Made by a program: the position numbers and the translations under genes
The notes under the pieces: model-generated
What the model saw: the letters and a program-made list of their open reading frames with translations, nothing else
Told to the model about the DNA's origin: nothing
Database searches by the model: none
Shown: piece by piece, positions 29,282 through 39,800 of the stretch
Numbering within the stretch: the stretch's first letter is position 1
Layout of the letters: each line of letters starts with the position of its first letter
Origin: Candidatus Latescibacterota bacterium
Lineage (GTDB): Bacteria > Latescibacterota > UBA2968 > UBA8231
DNA length: 64,000 nt
Assembly (NCBI GenBank): GCA_965243025.1
Contig: CBDETY010000003.1
Location: 2,112,001-2,176,000, forward strand
Direction: 5' to 3'

Positions 29282-30816
29282 GCCTGCACCAGCCTGCTCC
29301 GCCGGGCGCTTCGGCCGGCGGGAAGATGGAGGGTCACCGTGGTGCCCCTGCCGGGTTCGCTGGCGATGTCGATGCGGCCGCGGTTTTGCTCCACCGCCTG
29401 CCGGGCGATCGCCATTCCCAGGCCGGACCCCTTCTCCCTGGTAGTGAAGAAAGGCTCGAACAGGCGCGCCTGAACCTGGCTGGGGATCCCCGGACCGGTA
29501 TCCTCGATCTCGACCGAGACCCCCGCGTCGCCTGCCTCGGCGCGTACCGACAACCGCCCTCCCGTGCCTGCCATCGCCTGGACCCCGTTCTTCATCAGGT
29601 TGACGAAAGCCCGCTTGACCTGCTCGGGATCGGCGAAGACAGCCAGCTCCGGGGGAATCTGCTGGTCGTATTCCACCCGGGCGCGCTCCATCTCCGGCGA
29701 CAGCAGAAAGGCGGCGTCTTCGACGAGCCTCGCCACCTCGACGCTTTCCGGGTCCGGTGGAGCCTGCCTCGAGAAGGCGAGGAAATCGGCGATCACCCTG
29801 TCGAGGTTCCCGACCTCGGCGATCACCTTCTCTATGTGCTGCTTGCGGGAATCCTCCTCCGGCAGGTCGTCGGCGATCAGGCCTGCGTAGATCTCGATAC
29901 CGCCCAGCGGGTTGCGGATCTCGTGGGCGACTCCGCTCAGCATCTGGCGCAGCTGCGCGTCCCTGGCCAGCAGCTTGAGGCGCATCTCCTCCATCGTCTC
30001 CCCGAGGTAGCCGATCTCGTCGCGCCCCGAGGTGTCGACGGCATTCTCCAGGTTTCCGCCCCCGATCTCGCGGGCAGCGGTAACCAGCCTCTGGATCGGC
30101 CGCGTCAGGGTTCGTCCCAGCAGCAGCGCCACCACCAGGGTCAGGAGCGCGCTCAAACCGGCGAACAGGTAGACGGACTGCCTGAAGCGGTGCACGGCCT
30201 TGGTGTACCCCGGTCCGATGTCGACGGCGACCCCGGCGACGACCTCGCCGTCGTGGAAGACCGGGGCGTACCCGGTCATGTAGTCGAGCCCGGCTTCATC
30301 GGTGAACAGCAGAGTGTGAGCCGCCTCTCCCTCCCAGAGTCTCTCCACCTCCATGCGGTCGCGGTACTTCAGCCTGGGGTACTCGCGGCCTATGGCGATC
30401 CCGGGCTCGGTGTCGAGAAGGCTGCGGCCGTCGCGGTCGAAGACGTAGATCCTGCGCGCCCCGACCATCTCACGGGCGCGGCGCAGCCGGTTCGTCGAGT
30501 TGCGGTAGAAGCCGGAAGCCTCGTACCCGGGACGCAGCATCATGACGGTTTCCCCGTTGATCCCCGAAGCGATCAGCTCGACTTCGGCGACGAGGTGATT
30601 CCCCATCTGCCGCTCGAGGCTGTCGAGGGCGCGCTCGTACAGGACCCAGCCGCTGCCGCCGACGACGACCATCGCCAGGAGCACGAAGCTGAGAACGAGG
30701 CGCCGTCCGATACGTCCGCGCCGGGCGACCCTTTCCCTGACCCCGGCCGCATACAGGATCTCCCCGGGGCGGTCCTCCGCCCGGGGTTTGGCTGCGGGAA
30801 TGGCAGGAGAGGTCAT
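29278..30816 (-). CDS. HAMP-domain sensor histidine kinase
   Basis: Two TM segments, HAMP (DEIGYL), H-box AHEIRNPL, N-box NLMKNG, DTGPGI, FEPFFTT, GSGLGM; start at MTSPAIP. Confidence 0.92.
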   Translation of the reverse strand: MTSPAIPAAKPRAEDRPGEILYAAGVRERVARRGRIGRRLVLSFVLLAMVVVGGSGWVLYERALDSLERQMGNHLVAEVELIASGINGETVMMLRPGYEASGFYRNSTNRLRRAREMVGARRIYVFDRDGRSLLDTEPGIAIGREYPRLKYRDRMEVERLWEGEAAHTLLFTDEAGLDYMTGYAPVFHDGEVVAGVAVDIGPGYTKAVHRFRQSVYLFAGLSALLTLVVALLLGRTLTRPIQRLVTAAREIGGGNLENAVDTSGRDEIGYLGETMEEMRLKLLARDAQLRQMLSGVAHEIRNPLGGIEIYAGLIADDLPEEDSRKQHIEKVIAEVGNLDRVIADFLAFSRQAPPDPESVEVARLVEDAAFLLSPEMERARVEYDQQIPPELAVFADPEQVKRAFVNLMKNGVQAMAGTGGRLSVRAEAGDAGVSVEIEDTGPGIPSQVQARLFEPFFTTREKGSGLGMAIARQAVEQNRGRIDIASEPGRGTTVTLHLPAGRSARRSRLVQA

Positions 30817-30820
30817 TCTT

Positions 30821-31753
30821 TCAGGCCGCAGATGCCGGTTCCAGGTTGCTGCCCTCCTGCTCCCAGGCCTGCCAGTAGCTGCGCAGGCGGCGGCAGAAGG
30901 CCCCCGGTTTCTCCGCGTAGATCCTGCGGGCGAGCCGCATCGACCCGGTCTGCAGGCATTGCCGGCGCTCGGCGATAGCCCTGTCGAGCTCGGCCAGGAT
31001 GCCCGGGTTCTCCGTGCCGGGAAGCAGCTCACCAAGGGTGGCCGACAGGACGGAGAGGTCGTGATCGTCTCCCAGCATCTCCCCGAGGGCGTCCGCCTGA
31101 GCGATGGCTGTCGCCATCTGCTCCGGCCAGATCGATCTGAGGATCTGGTGGTGATACCAGAGGTACTTGACACGCTTGCGCCATTCGTGGAGAGCCTCGT
31201 CGGTGGGCAGGCGAAGAGCCTCCCCGAACTCGGCACACCCCTGCGCATAGATTCGCCGGAGGCCGGCTTCGAGCCCTTTCCAGCCGTCGCGGAGGGGCCA
31301 TTCCGAGGCGCGGCGGTCCGCTTCCTCGAGCGCCTCGACTGCCGTTTCCACCGCGAGAGGGGTAACGCCCCCGGATCGATGGGCGAGCTGGCGGCCTTCT
31401 ACCAGGCGGGAGCGAACGGCGGCGAAGCTGTCGGGGGGTTGCCGCTTCCCCAGCCGGGCCATGAGGGCGTCGAACGTCTCCACGAGGGCAGCGGCATCCC
31501 GGATCGCGGAAAGCTGAGCGGCGACGGCGCGAAAACAGGCGTTCTCGCGCCGGTACGCCTCATTGCCCAACCCTGTGCGTACCAGGCGCGCCAGGGCGCG
31601 CAGGCGCTTCATGCACTTGCGGGCTTCGTGGACCTGCTCGTCACGCGAGCCGGTGCGGCTGCGCAGGTGGGCGACGGCGGCCTGGAGCTGCTCGCGGGCA
31701 ATTCGGCGCACCCCGGCAGGCACTCCCTCGCCGCGGATCAGTCGGTAGGCCAT
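30821..31753 (-). CDS. CHAD domain (polyphosphate-binding) protein
   Basis: VHEARKCMKRLRA, LSAIRD, LHEWRKRVKYLWY, LGDDHDL. Confidence 0.9.
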   Translation of the reverse strand: MAYRLIRGEGVPAGVRRIAREQLQAAVAHLRSRTGSRDEQVHEARKCMKRLRALARLVRTGLGNEAYRRENACFRAVAAQLSAIRDAAALVETFDALMARLGKRQPPDSFAAVRSRLVEGRQLAHRSGGVTPLAVETAVEALEEADRRASEWPLRDGWKGLEAGLRRIYAQGCAEFGEALRLPTDEALHEWRKRVKYLWYHHQILRSIWPEQMATAIAQADALGEMLGDDHDLSVLSATLGELLPGTENPGILAELDRAIAERRQCLQTGSMRLARRIYAEKPGAFCRRLRSYWQAWEQEGSNLEPASAA

Positions 31754-31957
31754 TTCGATTCCGGCGGTTAACCATGCTGTCCAGATTTCGGAAAGTTACT
31801 CACCCCGAAGCCGGATGTCCACCCTAAGGGCTAATACATACTGATACTTCCATCCATTGCGCCTACGGCCTGGCGGGCCTTGGCGGCAACTTCTGCGCGC
31901 CCCCTGGGCGGTTTAGCGTAACTCCCTCTTTTTCCATATACTTGAGACAGATTTTCC

Positions 31958-32123
31958 AGTCTGGACGGCGCCTTTGTGGGTGGACCGGCAGCGGTGCTCG
32001 GCATCGCGGTCCTTCCCGGGTTCAAGCGGGTCCCGACGGTCACCCCGTGGCGTAATTTGCGGGCCCCCTGACTCCATGCCTCCCCTTGACGGGTTTCGCC
32101 ATTCAGCCCCCCGGGGACAGACC
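31958..32123 (-). ncRNA. Candidate structured leader RNA/riboswitch-like element
   Basis: Minus strand GGCTGAAT...GGAGTCAGGGGGCCCG...CGGGGTGA...; several hand-identified stems; in the 450-nt intergenic region upstream of the CHAD gene. Confidence 0.35.
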
Positions 32124-32206
32124 CCCCTGCCATTCCACGGGAAACCGGCAGCCGGCGCTTCAAAATCCCCGGCGTTTCGCAGCTGGATGAACACGCACTC
32201 TTTCAG

Positions 32207-33271
32207 ATGAAAATCGCCACCGTCATCGGCGCCCGCCCCCAGTTCGTGAAAGCCGCCGCGGTTTCCCGCCTTCTCGCCGCCCGACCCGGCGACCGCGAGC
32301 TGCTCATCCATACCGGCCAGCATTACGACCGGGGGATGTCGGCGATCTTCTTCTCCGACCTCGGCATACCCGAGCCGGCCTGCAACCTCGGCATCGGCTC
32401 CGGTTCCCACGGAGAGCAGACCGGCCGCATGATGATCGCCCTCGAGCCGGTACTGCTCGGGGAACGGCCCGACCTGCTGCTGGTATACGGCGACACGAAC
32501 TCGACCCTGGCCGGCGCCCTGACCGCGGCCAAGCTGCACATCCCCGTTGCCCACGTTGAGGCGGGGCTGAGAAGCTTCAACCGGCGCATGCCGGAGGAGG
32601 TCAACCGGGAGCTGACCGACCGGCTTTCGCGCTGGCTTTTCTGCCCGACTCCTGCCGCGGTGCGGAATCTCGCCGACGAGGGAATCCGCCGGGGTGTCTT
32701 CCACTCCGGGGACGTGATGCTCGACGTCCACCTTCTGTTCGCGGACCTGGCGGAGAAACGCTCCACCGTGCTCGCCGATCAGGGCCTGCGCCGGGGGGAG
32801 TATTTCCTGGCGACCCTTCACCGGGCGGAAAACACCGACTCCCCCGAACGCCTGCGGGAGATCTTCGCCGCCCTGGGGGATCTCGGCAGTCCCGTGTTTC
32901 TGCCTCTGCACCCGCGCACCCGCAAGGCGGTCGAGGTACTGGGACTGAAAATGGCTCCCTCGGTCCGCCTCGCCGACCCGGTCTCCTACTTCGACATGGT
33001 GCTGCTGCAGAAAAACGCCAGGGCGGTTCTCACCGACTCAGGGGGCATGCAGAAGGAGGCCTGGTTCTGCCGCACCCCCTGCGTCACCCTGCGCGACGAA
33101 ACCGAGTGGACGGAGACGGTCGAGGCCGGGTGGAACCGCCTGGCCGGCGCCGACAGGGAGGCGATTCTCGGGGCGGTCGAAAGCTTCGAACGCCAGGCCC
33201 CGGCCGGGAGCATCGACGCCTACGGCGACGGCACCTCGGCGCGGAAAATCGTCGACATTCTGACATCCTGA
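32207..33271 (+). CDS. wecB: UDP-N-acetylglucosamine 2-epimerase (non-hydrolysing)
   Basis: GARPQFVK, HTGQHYD, YGDTNST, HVEAGLRS, TDSGGMQKEA, YGDG. Confidence 0.95.
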   Translation: MKIATVIGARPQFVKAAAVSRLLAARPGDRELLIHTGQHYDRGMSAIFFSDLGIPEPACNLGIGSGSHGEQTGRMMIALEPVLLGERPDLLLVYGDTNSTLAGALTAAKLHIPVAHVEAGLRSFNRRMPEEVNRELTDRLSRWLFCPTPAAVRNLADEGIRRGVFHSGDVMLDVHLLFADLAEKRSTVLADQGLRRGEYFLATLHRAENTDSPERLREIFAALGDLGSPVFLPLHPRTRKAVEVLGLKMAPSVRLADPVSYFDMVLLQKNARAVLTDSGGMQKEAWFCRTPCVTLRDETEWTETVEAGWNRLAGADREAILGAVESFERQAPAGSIDAYGDGTSARKIVDILTS

Positions 33272-33435
33272 GGCCCTGTGTCTGTCCGCAAACGGATTGC
33301 CGAGGCCCGGCCCGCGAGGCCTCCGGTCGGCGTGGAACTGGGCGGGGACACCGGGGTGTACGGCGAGCGAATGCCGCCCGGCGATCCGCAGGAATCGGCC
33401 GCAGAATGGCGGATATTGACCGGACCGGACAGTAG

Positions 33436-35130
33436 ATGCTCGACCTGATCGCAGCCTCTCCCGCAGTCGGCAACCGCAGTTTCGAGGAGGCGGTATCCCT
33501 TTTCCGCCGCAACTTTCCCGTTCATTCCGGCATTGCGGTTGCCACGGCCCCGGGCCAGGCCCCCGCTGCTCTGGTGTACGGCGACTGCTCTTCAGATTCC
33601 CTGCGCTCCCATGCGGAGACCTGCCGCGGCCTGGTCGCCATCCCCGCCCTGCCGCCGGCCGGTCCCTCCTCCTGCGGCGCTGCGGACGCCTACCGGCTCG
33701 ACGGGGCCACCGTTCCCCTGTTCACACCTGTGGAAGCGCCGGAAATCCCGGGTTTCCGGCCTTTCGCGCAGACCGAACACGGGCGGACCCTGGCCCTGGA
33801 GGGCCGGCTCGGTGCGGCGGAAGTGGTGGTTTTCACCGCGGATCTGGTCTCGGAATCGCACCAGCTGCTCAGCGGCGCTTTCGAAGCGGGGACCGGAACC
33901 GACGTCCACGGCCGCCACAACCCCGCCCACCCCGAAACCTGCCGCACCCCCGCCGCATCCTTTCACTTCAACCTGGTCGCCAATGCCGTGCGCCGCGTCT
34001 GCGACAGGGCGGGGCTTCCCCTGCTCTCCATCCCGCGCTGGCCGGCCGCCGCACCGATGGCCCTGTTCCTCAGCCACGACGTCGACGCCGTCAGGAAGTG
34101 GACGGGCAAGCGGGTGCTGTACGAGCTGGCGCGTTCGGCGGTGCGGCGGGAGAACCCCGGCCCGACGCTGCGCTCCATCGCCGCCGGCCTCGGCGGCCGG
34201 GACCCCTACTGGAGCTTCGACGAGCTGCTCGAGCTGGAAGCCGGGTTCGGGTTTCCTTCGACCTGGTTCTTCGCCCCGTTCGGCGGAGACTACGACCGCC
34301 GCACGCGGCCGATTGATCCGGTGTACCGGCGCCCGGCAAGCGAGCTCGCCGAGGCCTTCGGCAGGATCCGGGACAGGGGCTGCGAGATCGGCCTCCACGG
34401 AGTCCGGAACTCCTTCGCCGATGCCGCCGAGCTGCTCCGGCAGCGGGAAAACCTCGAGCAGCAGGCGCGCAGCAGGCTCGACGGCCTCCGCTTTCACTAC
34501 CTGATGTTCCGCCACGGCAGCACCCACGCCGCGGCGGCCGGAGCGGGCCTGCGCTACGATGCCAGCCGGGGGTTTTCCGACCGCGCCGGGTTTCGCGACG
34601 GCATGGCCGCCCCCTGGTTCCCTCTCCCGGAAGGGAGCGACCTCGTCGAGCTGCCACTGCACTGCATGGACGGCCTGTTCCTGCACGCCTCGGACCCCGA
34701 AACGGCTGCCGCCGAGGTCCTCGAGGCCTACCGTCTCGCCAGGGCGGCTGGAGGCATGTTCAGCTTCCTCCTCCACCCCGGCTGTCTCGACCCGCTGGAA
34801 ATCCCCGGGCTCGAGGCCTTCTACCGGGATCTTCTCTCCCGAGCCCGGGACGAAGGCTGCCTGGGCATGACGGGACGGCAGCTGTGCCGCTGGTGGCTGG
34901 CCAGGGAGCGGGTCCTGAAAAGCCTCGAGTTCAGTCCCGGCCGCTTCAGAATCGCCGGGGTTCCGGTCCCCGGGGAGATGGAGTTCGCCTTTTCCGTTCC
35001 CTCCGGGTCCGGGCTGGAGGTGTCGCTGGAAAACGGCGAGGCCGCGGCGCAGCGCCGCCGGAACGGCGCCCTGCTGTTGCGTCCCGGGCCGGTTGATCCC
35101 GGGCGCGGGATCACCTTCCTCCTGGGGTGA
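33436..35130 (+). CDS. Polysaccharide deacetylase (CE4-like) family protein
   Basis: LSHDVD, STWFF, EIGLHG, RFHYL, YDASRGF, LLHP. Confidence 0.8.
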   Translation: MLDLIAASPAVGNRSFEEAVSLFRRNFPVHSGIAVATAPGQAPAALVYGDCSSDSLRSHAETCRGLVAIPALPPAGPSSCGAADAYRLDGATVPLFTPVEAPEIPGFRPFAQTEHGRTLALEGRLGAAEVVVFTADLVSESHQLLSGAFEAGTGTDVHGRHNPAHPETCRTPAASFHFNLVANAVRRVCDRAGLPLLSIPRWPAAAPMALFLSHDVDAVRKWTGKRVLYELARSAVRRENPGPTLRSIAAGLGGRDPYWSFDELLELEAGFGFPSTWFFAPFGGDYDRRTRPIDPVYRRPASELAEAFGRIRDRGCEIGLHGVRNSFADAAELLRQRENLEQQARSRLDGLRFHYLMFRHGSTHAAAAGAGLRYDASRGFSDRAGFRDGMAAPWFPLPEGSDLVELPLHCMDGLFLHASDPETAAAEVLEAYRLARAAGGMFSFLLHPGCLDPLEIPGLEAFYRDLLSRARDEGCLGMTGRQLCRWWLARERVLKSLEFSPGRFRIAGVPVPGEMEFAFSVPSGSGLEVSLENGEAAAQRRRNGALLLRPGPVDPGRGITFLLG

Positions 35131-35149
35131 CGGGGGTGCGGAGTAACCG

Positions 35150-36394
35150 ATGAGCCCGCCTGCACAGGTGCTGGTTCTGGTCGTCGACGAGGTCCTGGAG
35201 GACGGGCGCGTCTTCAAGACCTGCACTTCTCTGCGCGATGCCGGGGCCCGGGTCACCGTGGGCTGCACCAATCCGGGGGGCCGCCCCGAAAAAGAGGTGC
35301 GCGAAGGCCTTAAGATCGTGCGCTTTCCCCACCCTCCCGAATTCTTCCTCAAGCGCTGGCACTCGCGGCTTCAGGGCCGCTTGGGCCGCCGGCTGGGAGG
35401 GGCGGCCTCGAGCCTGCACGAGCAGACCTCCCCTTCGGGGCTCCGGTCCCTCCTCCGGACCGCGGTGCTGTCGGCGAACTTTCGCCACCTGCTGCGAACC
35501 ACCGCCGCGGCCAACCAGCGGATGATCCGGGCCTTTCGCGGCGGGCGCTACGACCTCGTTCACTGCAACGACCTTCTCACCCTGGAGGCAGGGGTCGGGC
35601 TCAAGGACTCCGGGGCTGCCCGCGAACTGCTCTACGACGCGCACGAGTTCTGGCCTGGAATGGCCTCCGAGGGCAGCCTGGCGAACCGCGCCTGGGGGAA
35701 GATGGAAGGGGAATTGATCGGCCGCGCCGATCGCGTCGTCACCGTCAATCCATTCATCGCGGAGCTGCTGGAGAAGACCTACCGGCTGCCGCGCACCCCG
35801 GCAGTGGTCATGAACTGCCCCCCGCTTGCCGCTGACGGGCAAGGGCGCACCGCCGGCGACCCGGTGCGCGTGCTGTACCAGGGAAGGCTCCAGGCCTACC
35901 GGGGCCTCGAGGAGCTGGTTCTGGCTTTCGCGAAAGTCGAGGGAGGCACCCTGACGGTTTCCGGGGACGGCCCGTTGCTGGGAGGGCTGCGGGCGCTTGT
36001 GGAATCCGAGGGGCTCGGAGGAACAGTGCGGTTCAGCGGCCGTTTCGCACGGGACGGGGGAATGCGGGTTATCGGGGAATGCGACATCGGCGTGATCCCC
36101 TACAAGCCGGTGAACCTCAACAACACCTATGCCTCCCCCAACAAGCTGTTCGAGTACATGATGGGGGGACTCGCCCTGGCCACGAGCAACCTGCCGTTCC
36201 TGTCCAGCGTCGTGGCGGCCGAAAAGGCGGGGATCGTCTTCCGAAGCCTCGAGCCGGCCGAGATCGCCATTGACCTCAACAGGTTGATCGGCGATCGGCA
36301 GGCCCTTCAGCGATTCCGGGACGCGGCCCGGGGCGCAGCCCGCCAACGCTACCACTGGGACCGGCAGTTTTCGCACTATCCCTGGGGACCCTAG
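35150..36394 (+). CDS. Glycosyltransferase family 4
   Basis: HCNDL, YDAHE, YQGRL..RGLE, SPNKLFEYM..G. Confidence 0.9.
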   Translation: MSPPAQVLVLVVDEVLEDGRVFKTCTSLRDAGARVTVGCTNPGGRPEKEVREGLKIVRFPHPPEFFLKRWHSRLQGRLGRRLGGAASSLHEQTSPSGLRSLLRTAVLSANFRHLLRTTAAANQRMIRAFRGGRYDLVHCNDLLTLEAGVGLKDSGAARELLYDAHEFWPGMASEGSLANRAWGKMEGELIGRADRVVTVNPFIAELLEKTYRLPRTPAVVMNCPPLAADGQGRTAGDPVRVLYQGRLQAYRGLEELVLAFAKVEGGTLTVSGDGPLLGGLRALVESEGLGGTVRFSGRFARDGGMRVIGECDIGVIPYKPVNLNNTYASPNKLFEYMMGGLALATSNLPFLSSVVAAEKAGIVFRSLEPAEIAIDLNRLIGDRQALQRFRDAARGAARQRYHWDRQFSHYPWGP

Positions 36395-36691
36395 TCCCGG
36401 TCCCCGTATCCCCCTGGATCCGGCCGCGGCAGGGCGGACAGACAGAGAACCAGGGCCGAGGGCCTTTTCACCCCACTGGCCCGGGAACCCCTGCCCGAAC
36501 CGGGCGCCTGATCGACCCGATCATTACAGCCCGGTCCCGGCCGCAGGAGAGACCGGACACCGGTTCCGGCCATGAACCGGCGAGCTTTACAGGTTCGTCT
36601 GCCACACCCCGAAAAACCTTTGTTTCTCAAGGCCGCCGTGGTACCTTGTAGCAAGGTATCCCGGGGGGCTGTTTCGGGCCCCCGGCAATGG

Positions 36692-36707
36692 CGGCACGGC
36701 CGTTGCG
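36692..36707 (+). promoter_or_regulatory. Putative sigma54 (-24/-12) promoter
   Basis: CGGCACG-GCCG-TTGCG versus consensus TGGCACG-N4-TTGCW, exact GG-N10-GC spacing, about 110 nt upstream of ATG 36814. Confidence 0.55.
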
Positions 36708-36813
36708 ACCGGCGGCGAAGTCAGCCCGACCTGCCGCCCCGGCACTCGGGCCTGAGCGAACCGCGCGGACGGAGACCCGGCCGGCCGGACCTGTCGAGAG
36801 AGGAGGGTTGTCC

Positions 36814-39800
36814 ATGCTGAACCCCCGTTTGTTCCGTCTGCTGACGGCGGCCGCCTGCGCCGCCCTTTTCGGAGCTGACCCGGCGAATGCTGCCGGAGGA
36901 AAGATCACCGGGACGGTGAGCGATGCCCTGACCGGGTACGCCCTGCCCGATGCCAACGTCCTCCTGGTGGAGACCGAGGCCGGCGCCGAGACCGATACCG
37001 AGGGGCGCTTCTTCTTCCTCAACGTCGCCCCCGGCCTCTATACCCTCAGAGTCACCTACGTCGGGTACCGGCCCGTCACCATGGAGGGGGTGCGCGTCTC
37101 CGCCGATCTCACCACCGATCTCGAGTTCGTTCTCGGCAGCGAGGCGATCGAGGTCGAGGAGGTGGTGATCCAGGCGGAGCGCCCCATCATCGACAAGAAC
37201 GCAACCAACGCGGTGCGCATCGTCGATGCCGAAGACATCGAGATCCTGCCCGGCCGGGGACTGGGCTCGGTGATCAACCTGCAGCCCGGGGTGGTGATAG
37301 ATGAAGGCGTGCTGCACATCCGCGGCTCCCGGTCCGACGAGATCGGCTTCTACGTCGACGGGACCAGCGTGCGCAACCCGGTTTCCGGCGGCAGAGCGGT
37401 CAGCCTGATCGACGAGGCCCTGCAGGAGATCCAGCTGCAGGCCGGGGGCTTCAACGCCGAGTACGGCGGCGCCAACGCCGGCATCATCCTGCAGGAACTG
37501 CGCACCGGCGCCCCCGACTGGGAGGTCGGATTCCTGACCGAGACGGACAATTTCACTTCGAAATACGAGGAACGCTTCGGCACCTACTCATACGGCTACT
37601 CCAGCCAGGTCCTCACCTTGAGCGGTCCGGTGGCCGGCAACAGGGTCCGGGCTTTCCTGGCGGGGCAGCGCCGGGTGCAGGACTCGGTGCCTACCTATTG
37701 GGAGGGCTTCGAGTTCGAGAACCTGGCCGACTCGGGAGACCGGGGCGGGCGCATCCACTGGCGCGAGGACGACGATGGCAACGCCATCCCCGACACCGTG
37801 AACCTGCGGCTGCAACCGGGCAACATCGATCACACCGGCTCGGAGCGCCTCACTTTCAACGGCACCCTGCTCGTCGACCTGCAGCCCTTCCAGCTGCGCC
37901 TCACCAGCCTCTACTCCGCCACGAACGGGGAGCGCAACCTCGCCCCCGTCTACAGCATGCTGAACACGGGTCGCCTGTCCGAGTGGGAGCGGGCGTCGAG
38001 TCTTTACAATCTCAAGGCCATCCACTTCCTCGATCCCAGGACGTTCTACGAGGTCAACGTCAGTCTCTACAGTCAGGACCGAAAGATCTTCGACCCGCAT
38101 TTCAGAGACGACTTCCTGCTCTACAACGACAGCCTCGCCGTCGCCGGGATCGACCCCGATTTCATCCCCTACTCGGCCCAGGGGATCTCGCTGCGGGATC
38201 TTGATCTCAACGGCTTCCCCTTTTCCCGGCCGGGCGACCTGGCTGCCGGCTACGGCAAGGAGGAGGACGGCTACCACGGAGTCAGCGGCAGCCTGACGCG
38301 CCAGACCGACAACCACGAGTACAAGGTCGGCTTCGACCTCCAGCGCTGGACTTCCCGGCGCTACGGCGTCGGCGCGGGCGGGCTCCGTTTCGCCATCAAG
38401 AACCGCTACCCGGAGCTGGATGAGGTCTACGACGAGTACTACGACGGGTCGATCGACGCCGGCGAGCTGTTGGACGCGGTCATCGCCAAAGCCGAGACCC
38501 TGCCGGACGGCGAGGGCAGCCTGGAGGACTTCGCCAGCCTGGTCCGCAACACGAGCCGGGCCGACTACTTCGGGTACGACGCCTTCGGGCGCCGGGACCA
38601 GGGGAGCGGCCTGGAGGCGCCGCGCCGTCCGCTGCTGGCCTCGGCGTTTTTCCAGGACAAGATCGAGTACCGCGACCTCATCGTGAACGCCGGGCTGCGC
38701 TGGGACTACTACGACGTCGACAGCTACCGCTTCAAGGATCCGCGGGCTCCGGCTCGCGACGATTCGCTCTACACAATCGACCTCGGCTCGATGACGAAGA
38801 CCCGCACCTTCAACGAGATCACCCCGCGGCTCGGCTTCTCGTTCCCGGTGTCGGACGTGACCGTCTTCCACGTCCAGTACGGCCGCTTCTCGCAGATGCC
38901 GGCGATGCGCTCCATGTTCGCCGGCGGGGCGCGGCTGGCCCTGGAGCTGGGCGGGCAGAACTTCATCTCCGTGCCGACGGCCTTCGACATCGAGCCGGTC
39001 CGCACCACCCAGTACGAGATCGGCTTCGAGCGCCAGTTCACCGCGGACGCCTCCTTCGACATCACCGGCTTCTACCGCGACGTCAAGGGGCAGCTGCACC
39101 TGCAGCGGCAGGACGTCTCGGCCGAAGCGGTGGACGCAAACGCCTACAACTTCCTGCAGAACGGCGACTTCGCCACCACCAAGGGCCTTGAGTTCGTCTT
39201 CAAGCTGCGCCGCGTGAACCGCCTGCGCACCGAGCTCAACTACACCCTGTCCGACGCCCGCGGCACCGGGTCGTCGATCAACTCGGCGGTTTCCGGGGTC
39301 GAGAACAACACCAACCTGCCGACGATCATCTCGCCGCTGGACTTCAACGAGACGCACCGGGGCAACATCTTTCTCGACTACCGCTTCGCGGACAACGACG
39401 GCGGGGCCATCCTCGAGAACCTGGGGGCCAACCTGCTGATGAAGTTCAGCAGCGGCCACAACTTCACCCTCTTCACCGGGTCCATCGGCCAGCGCGGCCC
39501 GGAGGAAGGCGGCATCCTCGCCGGCGACGATCCGCGCTCGCGCAAGCCCGCCGAGAGCATCAACGTGTCCTCGACCCCATGGACCTTCGAGGTCGACTTC
39601 AAAGTCGACAAGGAGGTCGATCTCTTCGGGACCGGTGCAAAGGTCTACATGTACGTGTACAACCTTTTCAACCGCCGGAACGTGATCAACGTGTACGGCC
39701 GCACCGGCAACGCCGAGGACGACGGCTTCCTCACCAACCCGGATCTGAGCAGTCAGATCGTCGAAGCCAGCGGCGGCCAGACTTACCGGCAGCTGTACGA

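Noticed and set aside
31958-32123. 6S RNA, SRP RNA or tmRNA call
   Set aside because: CTTGAACC/GGTTCAAG recalls 6S, but I could not build the long rod with central bubble. The SRP GGAA/AGCAG domain and tRNA-like ends are absent. Kept only as an unassigned candidate.
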